NCBI GenBank assembly: GCA_039024435.1
Contig: JBCCQH010000011.1
Coordinates: 11,940-75,939, forward strand
DNA: 64,000 nucleotides
DNA from: Bacteroidota bacterium
Lineage (GTDB): Bacteria > Bacteroidota > Bacteroidia > J057 > JADKCL01
Reading direction: 5' to 3'
The position numbers were made by a program, and so were the translations under genes. Below, in pieces: positions 1 through 8,128 of the stretch. Within the stretch, counting starts at the first letter, position 1, and every line of letters begins with the position of its first letter. The notes below the pieces were generated by a model. That model was given only the letters and a program-made list of their open reading frames with translations, had not been told where the DNA came from and ran no database searches.

Positions 1-568
1 GCAGGGTGGATTGCTCATCGTCAACCGGCCCGAATTGAACGTGCGGGCGGCCCAAATCTGGCAAAATGGCACCAATCGCAGTGCTTTTGCGCGGGGCGAA
101 ACCGACCACTACACCTGGGTCGCACCGGGTGGCTGCTTCACCACCTCGGACCTGAACGCCGCCTACCTGTACGGGCAGTTGCAGCACCGGGAGGAAATAT
201 TGGACCGCCGCCGCCGGCTCTGGCAACAGTACCGAGAGCAACTGGCCCCGCTAGCGGATCGCAAGCAAGCGGGAATGCCGTTGGTCTTCCACGAATGCCG
301 CCACAACGGCCATATTTTCTACCTGCGGCTACCGGACCGGGCCACCCGCGACGCCCTACTTTCCCACCTGAGGCGGCGCGACATTCACGCAGTTTTTCAC
401 TACATCCCTCTGCACAGCAGCCCCTTTTTCCGCGCCCAGCACGGTCCCACTCCCCTGCCCAATTGCCGCCACCACGCCGATACCCTTCTCCGCCTGCCCC
501 TCTTCCATCAACTCCAACCCGGCCAATTGCGGCGGATCGTCGCCTCGGTAATGGAGTTCTTCGGTTAG
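1..568 (+). CDS. dTDP-4-amino-4,6-dideoxygalactose transaminase (WecE/RffA-like, DegT family), 5' truncated by the window edge
   Basis: GTNRSAF..G..D.YTW, SDLNAAYL.GQL, HNGHIFY, AVFHYIPLHSSP and LLRLPLF motifs typical of WecE/RffA. Confidence 0.85.
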   Translation, partial: QGGLLIVNRPELNVRAAQIWQNGTNRSAFARGETDHYTWVAPGGCFTTSDLNAAYLYGQLQHREEILDRRRRLWQQYREQLAPLADRKQAGMPLVFHECRHNGHIFYLRLPDRATRDALLSHLRRRDIHAVFHYIPLHSSPFFRAQHGPTPLPNCRHHADTLLRLPLFHQLQPGQLRRIVASVMEFFG

Positions 569-668
569 TGCCTACGGCCCACTTTCTCGGTACCGTGTGC
601 CGCACCTGAGTTTCCCAACTGCATAAAAAGTCCTATCTTCAGGCCACCTTAGCCCACTAACGAAACGC

Positions 669-917
669 ATGGATTCAGTCAGGCCTTCACTGGAAGATTT
701 TACCGCGCACTTTGCCGCCCAACTCGAGGAGACCGATGCCGCCCTGATTGCGCCGGAAACCGAGTTTCGCCAGCTCGCGGAGTGGTCCTCCATGCAATCG
801 CTGATCGTCATCGCTTCGTTTGACTGGGAATACGGCGTGACCATGTCCGCGGAAGAAATGAAAAGCGCCCGCACCGTCGCCGACCTCTACGCTATCGTAA
901 AACCTAAGATCGCCTGA
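669..917 (+). CDS. Acyl carrier protein
   Basis: 82 aa acidic protein; WSSM phosphopantetheine-site variant; ..YGV.......TVADLY C-terminus; adjacent to fabH-like gene. Confidence 0.8.
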   Translation: MDSVRPSLEDFTAHFAAQLEETDAALIAPETEFRQLAEWSSMQSLIVIASFDWEYGVTMSAEEMKSARTVADLYAIVKPKIA

Positions 918-918
918 T

Positions 919-1974
919 ATGGCGCGGATGAGCATCGAGCATATTGCCCTTGAAGGGATTGCGACCGCAGTCCCCCGTAACACCGTGTCCAATTACGAAG
1001 TGGCGGTGTTGCCGGAAAAGGAGCGCCGGCTGTTTGTCCGGACCACCGGCATTGAATTCCGGCGGGTCGCACCGCCGGGCCTGACCGCCGCCGATTTGTG
1101 CCGCGCTGCCGCCGAACGCTTGCTCAACGAACTCGGGTGGCCGCGGGAAGAAATCGATGCCCTGGTCTTTGTCTCGCAGACGCCGGATTATTTGATCCCC
1201 GGTTCTGCCACCCAACTCCAGCAACAACTGGGACTTCCCTCCTCTTGCCTGGCCCTCGATATCAATCAGGGCTGCGCGGGCTATGTATACGGGCTGGCGA
1301 CACTTTCCAGTCTCATGTCGGCCGGGCATCTCCGAAAGACGCTGCTGCTCGTCGGCGACACCATCACCCACCTGTTGTCGCCGGAAGACAAAAGCACCCA
1401 ACCGATTTTTTCCGATGCCGGTTCGGCCACTGCGCTCCAGTTCCAGCCGGACGCTGCTCCACTTCACTTCAATCTGCAGGCCGATGGCCAGGGCTACCGC
1501 TCGATCATCGTGCCCGAAGGCGGCGCCCGGCAGCCCTGGCAAGCCGACGGTGAAGCGCTGCGCGACCACGCGCCCGGCGTGCGCCGTTCGGACCGCCACA
1601 TGGGCATGGAAGGTTTGGCGATCTTTCACTTTGCCTCCCGCGAGGTCGCCCCCAATGTCAACGCCTTGCTGGATTTTGCCCGGACCACAACCGAGCAGGT
1701 AGACCACTTTGTTTTCCACCAAGCGAATCGACTACTGAACGAAACGATCCGCAAGAAACTCGGCTTGCCCCCGGAAAAGGTGCCCTATTCCCTGCCCCAC
1801 TTTGGCAATACCAGTTGCGCCACGATTCCGGTAACGCTGGTGGACCAGTTGCGGGATCAACTCCGCACCGCAACCAACAAATTGGTCCTCAGTGGCTTCG
1901 GGGTAGGACTATCCTGGGGATCGGCCCTGCTGGACTGCGGCCCCATCACTTGTCCGGAGATCATCGAGCTATGA
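919..1974 (+). CDS. 3-oxoacyl-ACP synthase III family protein (FabH-like)
   Basis: DINQGCAGY (catalytic Cys), FHQAN (His), FGNTSCATIP (Asn), GFGVGLSWG. Confidence 0.92.
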   Translation: MARMSIEHIALEGIATAVPRNTVSNYEVAVLPEKERRLFVRTTGIEFRRVAPPGLTAADLCRAAAERLLNELGWPREEIDALVFVSQTPDYLIPGSATQLQQQLGLPSSCLALDINQGCAGYVYGLATLSSLMSAGHLRKTLLLVGDTITHLLSPEDKSTQPIFSDAGSATALQFQPDAAPLHFNLQADGQGYRSIIVPEGGARQPWQADGEALRDHAPGVRRSDRHMGMEGLAIFHFASREVAPNVNALLDFARTTTEQVDHFVFHQANRLLNETIRKKLGLPPEKVPYSLPHFGNTSCATIPVTLVDQLRDQLRTATNKLVLSGFGVGLSWGSALLDCGPITCPEIIEL

Positions 1975-2906
1975 ATGACACCGCCCCATATCGACCGGAT
2001 ATTTCTATCGTGACCCCGGTCTACAACGGTGCAGCTACGCTGGAAGAGCTATTTGCCCGGACCAATGCGTTAATGACTGAACTCGGCCTGGCCTTCGAAA
2101 TGGTCCTGGTCGACGATGGCAGCACGGATACAAGTTGGGGTACAATCAAACAACTCAAAACGGCGCACCAAACCCAGGTCCAAGGCATCAAACTCGGGCG
2201 CAATTTTGGGCAGCACAATGCGACACTCTGCGGGATTCGCCACGCTCGGGGCCGCTACATCGTCACCATTGACGACGATCTCCAAACCCCTCCCGAGGAA
2301 ATCGCGCAGCTTTTGCGGGTGCAGAAAGCCACCGAGGCGGACATCGTTTACGGCATTTATCCCAATAAAAAGCACTCCTGGTTGCGCAATTTGGGCAGTA
2401 AACTCCTCAAGCGCCTCTTTCGCTATCTGGTCAATGGCCTGCGGGACGGCTCTTCTTTCCGCCTGATCACCCGTGATCTCGCCGACAAAATCGATGGGCA
2501 CAATCAGTACTTCGTATTCATCGATCAGATTTTGAGCTGGCACACCAGTGACACGGAATTCGTCGAAGTGGAGCACCGGGAACGGGCCGAAGGCCGCTCC
2601 GGGTACTCGACCCGAAAGCTGTTCCGCATGGCGATCAACATTATTTTCTCTTATACCGATTTGCCGCTGCGGGCCATGACCTGGATCGGCATCATCACGT
2701 CCATCGCCAGTTTTGGAATCGGAGCCTATTTCATCTACCAAAAAGTGGCCCACGGTGCGGCGATTGGCTTTACCGCGTTGATTGTCTCGATCTTTTTCTC
2801 CACGAGTCTGATCGTCTTGTCATTGGGGATTCTGGGTGAATACATCGGGCGGATCTACGCGGCCCGGGGCAACCGACCCAACTACTCCATCAAAAAGAAA
2901 GTCTGA
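1971..2906 (+). CDS. Glycosyltransferase family 2 (ArnC/GtrB-like polyprenyl-phosphate glycosyltransferase)
   Basis: SIVTPVYN, VDDGSTD, RNFGQHNA, TIDDDLQ, two C-terminal TM helices, LGEYIGRIY; ATG at 1971 overlaps the upstream stop (ATGA). Confidence 0.9.
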   Translation: MNDTAPYRPDISIVTPVYNGAATLEELFARTNALMTELGLAFEMVLVDDGSTDTSWGTIKQLKTAHQTQVQGIKLGRNFGQHNATLCGIRHARGRYIVTIDDDLQTPPEEIAQLLRVQKATEADIVYGIYPNKKHSWLRNLGSKLLKRLFRYLVNGLRDGSSFRLITRDLADKIDGHNQYFVFIDQILSWHTSDTEFVEVEHRERAEGRSGYSTRKLFRMAINIIFSYTDLPLRAMTWIGIITSIASFGIGAYFIYQKVAHGAAIGFTALIVSIFFSTSLIVLSLGILGEYIGRIYAARGNRPNYSIKKKV

Positions 2907-3496
2907 TGGAGATCCAGCATTACGGAATTCGACTGAAAACCATCGGGTTGGCGGATTTGGAGCGGATGCGACAGTGGCGCAATGCCGAGCACGTGCGTTC
3001 CAACATGGAGTACCAAGCGGAAATCACCCCCGCAATGCAGCGCGCTTGGTTTGCCAAATTGGATCCGGAACGCAACCTGTATTTCACCTTCGGATCGGGG
3101 ACAGCGGGAATCGGAGTGGTCCACCTCAAGGACCTCGATTGGACGGCGCGTTGCGGGGAGGCGGGCGTATTTGTTGGGCTTTCCGAATGGCTGAATACCC
3201 ATTTGCCGGTGGTGGCGGTGCTCACAATGATGGATTTTGCCTTTTCCGCTCTGCGGTTGACCAAGCTTCAGGCCAAAGTGCGCGCGGACAACCCCGCTGT
3301 CTTGACCTTCAACCGCCAGCTCGGCTACCGCCCGTTGCCCGACCAAGCCGACCTGCCCTTCGTCCGTTTGGAAGTTGATGCCTCCGCTTATGCGGACCGC
3401 ACCGCCAAATTGCGCGCCGCATTGACCCGCCGCCACCCCACACCGATGTCCATTCGGGGGGCATCGCCCTTCTGGGCGGAACGCCTCCGCAAATGA
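2906..3496 (+). CDS. GNAT family N-acyltransferase (PseH-like)
   Basis: DLERMRQWRN..VR..M.....IT...Q..WF and V...N...L.FN..LGY acetyl-CoA motif; translationally coupled to GT2. Confidence 0.8.
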   Translation: MEIQHYGIRLKTIGLADLERMRQWRNAEHVRSNMEYQAEITPAMQRAWFAKLDPERNLYFTFGSGTAGIGVVHLKDLDWTARCGEAGVFVGLSEWLNTHLPVVAVLTMMDFAFSALRLTKLQAKVRADNPAVLTFNRQLGYRPLPDQADLPFVRLEVDASAYADRTAKLRAALTRRHPTPMSIRGASPFWAERLRK

Positions 3497-3503
3497 GTTC
3501 CCC

Positions 3504-4400
3504 CTACCCCTTTCCCAGCTTTCGCCCCCCGATCAGTTGCCGCCACTCCAGTTTCAGCGCCAGCCGAATCGGCAGGCTCGGATGCAAGCCCCAGCGCCAC
3601 AAGCGCCGGGGAAGAATCTGGTCGTGGTAAGGCCACTTCCGGGTATCGAGATCGGGGTCCAGCGCCCCAATCGCCCGCCAAAACTCCCGGCGATTGTGGG
3701 CAAATAGCTCGCGGTTGCGCCGTTTAAACACATCCTCCCCGATGTGAAAGGTCAAGTGGGCATCGTCCAGCAAGCGGAAATTCTCCCCAAAGGCAAAGAC
3801 ATTTTGCGCAGTCAGTATCCCAATAAAGGGAATGCCCACACAGACCTGCGCGAGTTGAAATCGGGGATAAATACTGCGGTGAAATACAAAACAATCAAAT
3901 CCCGGATGGGGCTTGCCCCGCTCGACGTACATTTCCGGCAACTGCTCTACCCGGCGGTAATGCCCCGGTATCCGGCGGCGGTTGATGATGAGCGCCCGGT
4001 GACCGAACCGCAGCAACTCGGCGACCTCCCGGTAAAAGTGGGGCTGCAGCGCGATGTCCACATTGGTGTAAATGAGGTATTCCGCGGCGGAATGATCGTA
4101 GAGCCGGTCGAGCAAGTCCCGAATCAAAGGGAACGGCGGTGCGGCTGCCCCCGGCACCAGGTCGCGCACGGAACGCTCCAGATCGGGAGTGGGCACGAAC
4201 CCTTTCGGAACTGCGGCCCGGTCCGCCGCAAACTGTGCACTGAGCAGATCAACTTGCACATGAGGGCCCGCCTGGTCCTGCGCCACACGCATGGAAGCGT
4301 AGGTAATCGGCTGCACATAAGCAAATTCCGAATCGGGTGACGCCCGAAACGGATTGATCAGGTGGGCAAAGTGGATATGAGCGGGGGATGCGGCCGACAT
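3504..4400 (-). CDS. Hypothetical protein, possibly GT-A-fold glycosyltransferase-like
   Basis: 298 aa ORF; EYLIYTNVDIAL (NxD), GFDCFVF. Confidence 0.65.
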   Translation of the reverse strand: MSAASPAHIHFAHLINPFRASPDSEFAYVQPITYASMRVAQDQAGPHVQVDLLSAQFAADRAAVPKGFVPTPDLERSVRDLVPGAAAPPFPLIRDLLDRLYDHSAAEYLIYTNVDIALQPHFYREVAELLRFGHRALIINRRRIPGHYRRVEQLPEMYVERGKPHPGFDCFVFHRSIYPRFQLAQVCVGIPFIGILTAQNVFAFGENFRLLDDAHLTFHIGEDVFKRRNRELFAHNRREFWRAIGALDPDLDTRKWPYHDQILPRRLWRWGLHPSLPIRLALKLEWRQLIGGRKLGKG

Positions 4401-4424
4401 GGCGGAGAATATTCAGGAAAACAA

Positions 4425-4447
4425 AAAGGGCTGCAAAGCAGCCCTTT
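4425..4447. terminator. Rho-independent terminator (T-tract on the minus strand)
   Basis: AAAGGGCTGC-aaa-GCAGCCCTTT perfect hairpin just downstream of the 4471-4965 gene. Confidence 0.75.
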
Positions 4448-4470
4448 ATATTGCGAGTCGTATTGATCTC

Positions 4471-4965
4471 TTATTCTTCAGTTTCCATCGTGGCTTCTTC
4501 TTCGCCTTCTCCACCACCCAGGTTGTCGAGTTCCTTGGCGGCTTCATCCATGGCTTCGTCGAATGCGCCTTCAATTTCTTTGCCGATGTCATCGAGCGGG
4601 TTGGCTCCACCGCCGTCCATCTTGGAGAAAGCAGCTTTCCACTCTCCGCCTTCCTTGACGAGGTTCAGCGTCATTTCTTTGCCGGCGTCGGTGTAGGTAG
4701 CGACTGCTTTGTCACCATCTTCTTCGACGTTGGTCACGACGATGTCGTCAGCGTTTCCAGCTTCACCCGGGGCGCTGGCTACCATTTCGATAGAAGCAAC
4801 TCCTTCTTCGGTGGCCATGGCCTTAGCGGCGTCGAAATCGCGGGTTTTCATCGCTTTGAGGAATTGTTCTGCGGTGCCTTTAGCGTCGAGCGCTTCACCA
4901 CCACAAGCCCAAAGGATCGTTACGCCGAGCAAGGCGAATGCGGCAATTTTCAGGGATCTAGTCAT
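4471..4965 (-). CDS. DUF4878-like (NTF2-like) lipoprotein, single domain with acidic tail
   Basis: Lipobox LWAC; AEQFLKAM...DFDAAK...VEEDGDKAVATY...L.LVKEGGEWK. Confidence 0.8.
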   Translation of the reverse strand: MTRSLKIAAFALLGVTILWACGGEALDAKGTAEQFLKAMKTRDFDAAKAMATEEGVASIEMVASAPGEAGNADDIVVTNVEEDGDKAVATYTDAGKEMTLNLVKEGGEWKAAFSKMDGGGANPLDDIGKEIEGAFDEAMDEAAKELDNLGGGEGEEEATMETEE

Positions 4966-5620
4966 AGTCGTACTTAAATATTAGGTTACAGTGATTGTTT
5001 AAATAAAGGTTATCAATAGCTACGTAAGGCTTGTTTATAACCTGCGACAAAGGTATAAAATTTTTGTCATTAGTTGCAAGCAATAAGGCCTTGTAGATCA
5101 TCTCACTGCAATACATTTTATTGTCGGTCTCCATGTCAAAATCGGTATCAAATTCGACCCCGGCGGCATAGTAACGATCCATGATGCGCATGAAGTCCGC
5201 CATTTCCTCGGGCGCGAGATCGTAGCGGAATATCCCAAACTTAAAAACCGCCGCCGGATGGCAGTAAAGGGAGATCGGATCAAGCTTCATTTTGTTGCTG
5301 GCGTTTTCCTCCCCGCCCGTAGCGTGGTAGACGTGCGCCTTTCCGTTGACCATTTTGATGATGCCGCTGTGGGAATATTGGGGGTCATCGGTGGAAAAAG
5401 ACAGGATGGCATCGCTGACAAATCCTTTGCTATGGCGCAAGATCAGGTCTCCGTCCTTCAGGATGCTTTGATCGAGGCCCGCCCCTTGCCATTTGGTTTG
5501 GTGCCGTTCGCTCAACCATTTGGGATAGGGATTGAAGTCCACGTGTTTGATCGTGTACCCCACAAAGGTCAAGAAAATGATGGAAAAAAGGCCTTGACGG
5601 ACCCGGTCATTTACAGTCAT
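4958..5620 (-). CDS. YiiX/YebB-like permuted NlpC/P60 cysteine hydrolase
   Basis: LKDGDLILR, YSHSGII (His), FDTDF....KMYCSEMIY (Cys), N-terminal TM; start taken at ATG 5620 just after a TACATTTG -7 box. Confidence 0.85.
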   Translation of the reverse strand: MTVNDRVRQGLFSIIFLTFVGYTIKHVDFNPYPKWLSERHQTKWQGAGLDQSILKDGDLILRHSKGFVSDAILSFSTDDPQYSHSGIIKMVNGKAHVYHATGGEENASNKMKLDPISLYCHPAAVFKFGIFRYDLAPEEMADFMRIMDRYYAAGVEFDTDFDMETDNKMYCSEMIYKALLLATNDKNFIPLSQVINKPYVAIDNLYLNNHCNLIFKYDYD

Positions 5621-5674
5621 AGCGCTGCAAATGTAGCAAATTCGTCCTGGAAATACACTTGGGGCGACCACAAC

Positions 5675-5703
5675 AAAAAACGGAACGGCCTGCAGCCGTT
5701 CCG
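5675..5703 (-). terminator. Rho-independent terminator of the Cys-rich mini-gene
   Basis: CGGAACGGC-N5-GCCGTTCCG hairpin followed by a T6 tract on the minus strand. Confidence 0.75.
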
Positions 5704-5763
5704 GTAGTCAAAACACAATACATGAATTCGGATCAAATGGATCGTTTTGGGAGGCAGCCGCAA

Positions 5764-5961
5764 TTATGCCGCGAGGCCCGCCTCCGCCTGCACCTGCTCA
5801 AGCGCTTCAAAATATTCCGGGCCGTAACCCAACTCATCATCGCCGGCCGCGAAATCTTCGCGTTCCGGAACCGTACCCATGCAAATGTCGCATTCACATC
5901 CAGGGGCCAGGAGGTACTGATTGGCGCAGGTGCAGAAAGAGGCAGTCTTGATCGTATTCAT
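5764..5961 (-). CDS. Small Cys-rich acidic protein (65 aa; CxC-x11-CxxC), paralog 1
   Basis: CTCANQYLLAPGCECDICMG ... YFEALE ... LAA; paralog at 10103-10318; own promoter and terminator. Confidence 0.7.
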   Translation of the reverse strand: MNTIKTASFCTCANQYLLAPGCECDICMGTVPEREDFAAGDDELGYGPEYFEALEQVQAEAGLAA

Positions 5962-6009
5962 TGCGGTGTGTATTGCTTTGTGCTTGACAATACAAGGATA
6001 GCGGTGGGT

Positions 6010-6028
6010 TTTGACATCTCGTGTCAAA
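6010..6028. promoter_or_regulatory. Palindromic operator TTTGACA-N5-TGTCAAA upstream of mini-protein 1
   Basis: Inverted repeat; TATCCTTG -7-like box starts 11 nt after TGTCA on the minus strand; motif recurs at 6405 and 10360. Confidence 0.7.
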
Positions 6029-6404
6029 GTAAACGGTAAAGATTCTTTTTTTTTGCCCGGAATCTTGCGCGCCTACCGGCGTATTTTCTCAAGCCTTGGG
6101 ACCTAAATGGAGCAATTGTGCTGGCAAATAAAACCACTTCTGCTTAACCCAAGTCGAACCTGGGCATCGCAGTGGCAATAAATAATCAGCCGCAAGCGTC
6201 CAGTAGCAGCCCTCAGCGGATTGGGTAAATCGGCTCGAAAACAAAGGCTTCCTCGCGGAAGCCTTTGGCTGAATACAGAACCATGAATTGATTGTGAGGT
6301 TGTGGCCGGAGAATCCGGCCCGTTGATTGATTGTTTTTCAAAGGGAAATTGCCCGGATCGCTCTGATCCTTTGTGAGCAACTGGGGCAATATCGGGAGGC
6401 AGTT

Positions 6405-6419
6405 TGACACCCTGTGTCA
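6405..6419. promoter_or_regulatory. Palindromic operator TGACAC-CCT-GTGTCA (further copy of the motif)
   Basis: Same motif; degenerate -7 box GATATTGC at the same 11-nt spacing on the minus strand. Confidence 0.55.
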
Positions 6420-6523
6420 GGTGGCGGTTCCATATTTCATCCACTTCGTTCTACTTTTTCTGATTTGCATTTCTGCCCAATCTTCCTCACCTGTGTCTTC
6501 GCGACGCGCGACAAAGGAGCAAA

Positions 6524-6623
6524 GAGGAGATCAGGAGGAATACGCAGTGATCTTGAGCGGGGCTGCTTTTCCGGCTCAATGCGGCACCGCCCAAGATCGC
6601 TACTTGGCCATCGCGATCTCCTC
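6524..6623. other. 100-nt rod-like inverted repeat with central bubble (candidate structured RNA)
   Basis: GAGGAGATC/GATCTCCTC outer stem; GCAGTGATCTTGAGCGG/CCGCCCAAGATCGCTAC inner stem; unpaired segment between them. Confidence 0.35.
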
Positions 6624-6685
6624 ACGGTGCCCTAGCGCGTTGGCGAAGACGGATTGGTGTTTTTTTACCTGACAAAGTAGAATTA

Positions 6686-6758
6686 GAGGCGGTGTAAAAT
6701 TGGTTTGTGAAATTTGCCAGCGCAGATTTTTTTGTCCATCGAAGCTCGTTTTGGAGTC
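6686..6758 (-). mobile_element. Truncated MITE copy (one end only)
   Basis: TTA-GAGGCGGTGTAAAATTGGTTTGTGAAATTTG...TTTTGGAGTC resembles the reverse complement of the right half of the 24508-24669 element. Confidence 0.75.
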
Positions 6759-6886
6759 GATGACGAGAGGCGAGTGGATCGGGTCGGGCAGGGTGCTTGG
6801 GAGGGGGGAAGATTCAGGTCCGGCGGCGAGTTGGCGAAGCGAAATAATCGGCTATTTTTAGGGCAACAATTGCAAATCATTCCGTT

Positions 6887-8008
6887 ATGAACTTTCTACC
6901 TTCTTTCCTGCTGGCCCTGGCGCTGGTATTTGCCGCTGGTTGCGGGAACGATCCCCAGAAAAACCCCACGGCCACGGCAACCGCATTTCTCGAAGCCCTG
7001 CAATTCGGGGACTACGAAAAAGCCAAAGGGTTCTGCTCACCGGGCACCCAAGACAATTTGGGAATGTTCCAACTGGCCTCCGGCCTCGGCAACAATCCTT
7101 TCAGCGAAGACTTTAAAATCCTCCGGGAGGAAATTTCCAGCGATGGCGGCTACGCCAAAGTCTTTTATGTCCAGGGGGATGAATCTCAAGAAAAGTACGT
7201 CCGGCTGCGCAACAATGACAAGCAATGGGAAGTCCTCGCCAATAAAACCGACTTGAGCCTAGACGACGATGAGGACACCGGTGGACTTTTGGATTCTGAC
7301 GAAGACGTAACCGATATCGACCACTCCCGTGCCCAGCGTACCCTGCGCGAAGGCAAATCCGCCCGCCAAATTGCCGAAGGCTTCCTGACCGCGATGATGT
7401 TTGGGGATTACGAAAAGGCCAAACGCTTCGCTTCCAGATCTTCGGGATCGGCGATCGATATGCAGAGTGGCATCGGCAGGAGCAGTCTGGAGGATTTTGA
7501 GGTCGACCGAGTGGAAGAAAACGACGAATTCGCGACGGCTTACTACACCGAAAAGGGAGAAACCGCCCAAAAAGAGCTGAAAATGAGCCGCGATGAGCTT
7601 GGTAATTGGCAGGTCATCATGAGCAAAAACGATGACAACGGCAGTGATACCGACTTCGATTTTGACTTGGAAGATGAGGCGGAAGAACAAACGCACGCCG
7701 AGGCGAACGAAAGACTGCGCGCCGGAAAAACCCCCAAACAGATCGCCACCAACTTCCTGGATGCGATGAGCCGCCGCGATTTCACTACCGCCAAACGCTA
7801 CGCTTCCAAGTCCTCGGAAACTGCCATCGATATGCAGGACAACAGCGGCAATTCCAGCATCAATGGATTTGAGATTATCCGCAGCCGCACCACGGGGGAC
7901 GAGGCAAGGGTTACTTACATTGAGCGGGACCAATCCCGGGAGCAGGAGTTGAAATTGAAGAAAGATCCGTTGGGCAACTGGCAAGTGATCATGAGCAAGG
8001 ACAACTGA
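6887..8008 (+). CDS. Lipoprotein with three tandem DUF4878/NTF2-like repeats
   Basis: Lipobox AAGC; three repeats A..FL.A(M/L)...D(Y/F)..AK..AS..S...W(Q/E)V separated by acidic linkers. Confidence 0.85.
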   Translation: MNFLPSFLLALALVFAAGCGNDPQKNPTATATAFLEALQFGDYEKAKGFCSPGTQDNLGMFQLASGLGNNPFSEDFKILREEISSDGGYAKVFYVQGDESQEKYVRLRNNDKQWEVLANKTDLSLDDDEDTGGLLDSDEDVTDIDHSRAQRTLREGKSARQIAEGFLTAMMFGDYEKAKRFASRSSGSAIDMQSGIGRSSLEDFEVDRVEENDEFATAYYTEKGETAQKELKMSRDELGNWQVIMSKNDDNGSDTDFDFDLEDEAEEQTHAEANERLRAGKTPKQIATNFLDAMSRRDFTTAKRYASKSSETAIDMQDNSGNSSINGFEIIRSRTTGDEARVTYIERDQSREQELKLKKDPLGNWQVIMSKDN

Positions 8009-8128
8009 CCGATCACGCACGAGTGGACCAAGCACAAAATATGCGGAGAATCCCGAGCACAGCGCATGAAAAAACAGAATTTGCGTTAAATTGCCCGTAC
8101 TTAATCATTTACAAACGACAATCACGAC

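Noticed and set aside
6145-6284. Selenocysteine read-through of TGA codons after the 23-aa ORF
   Set aside because: No convincing SECIS or redox motif, and no sel genes in the window
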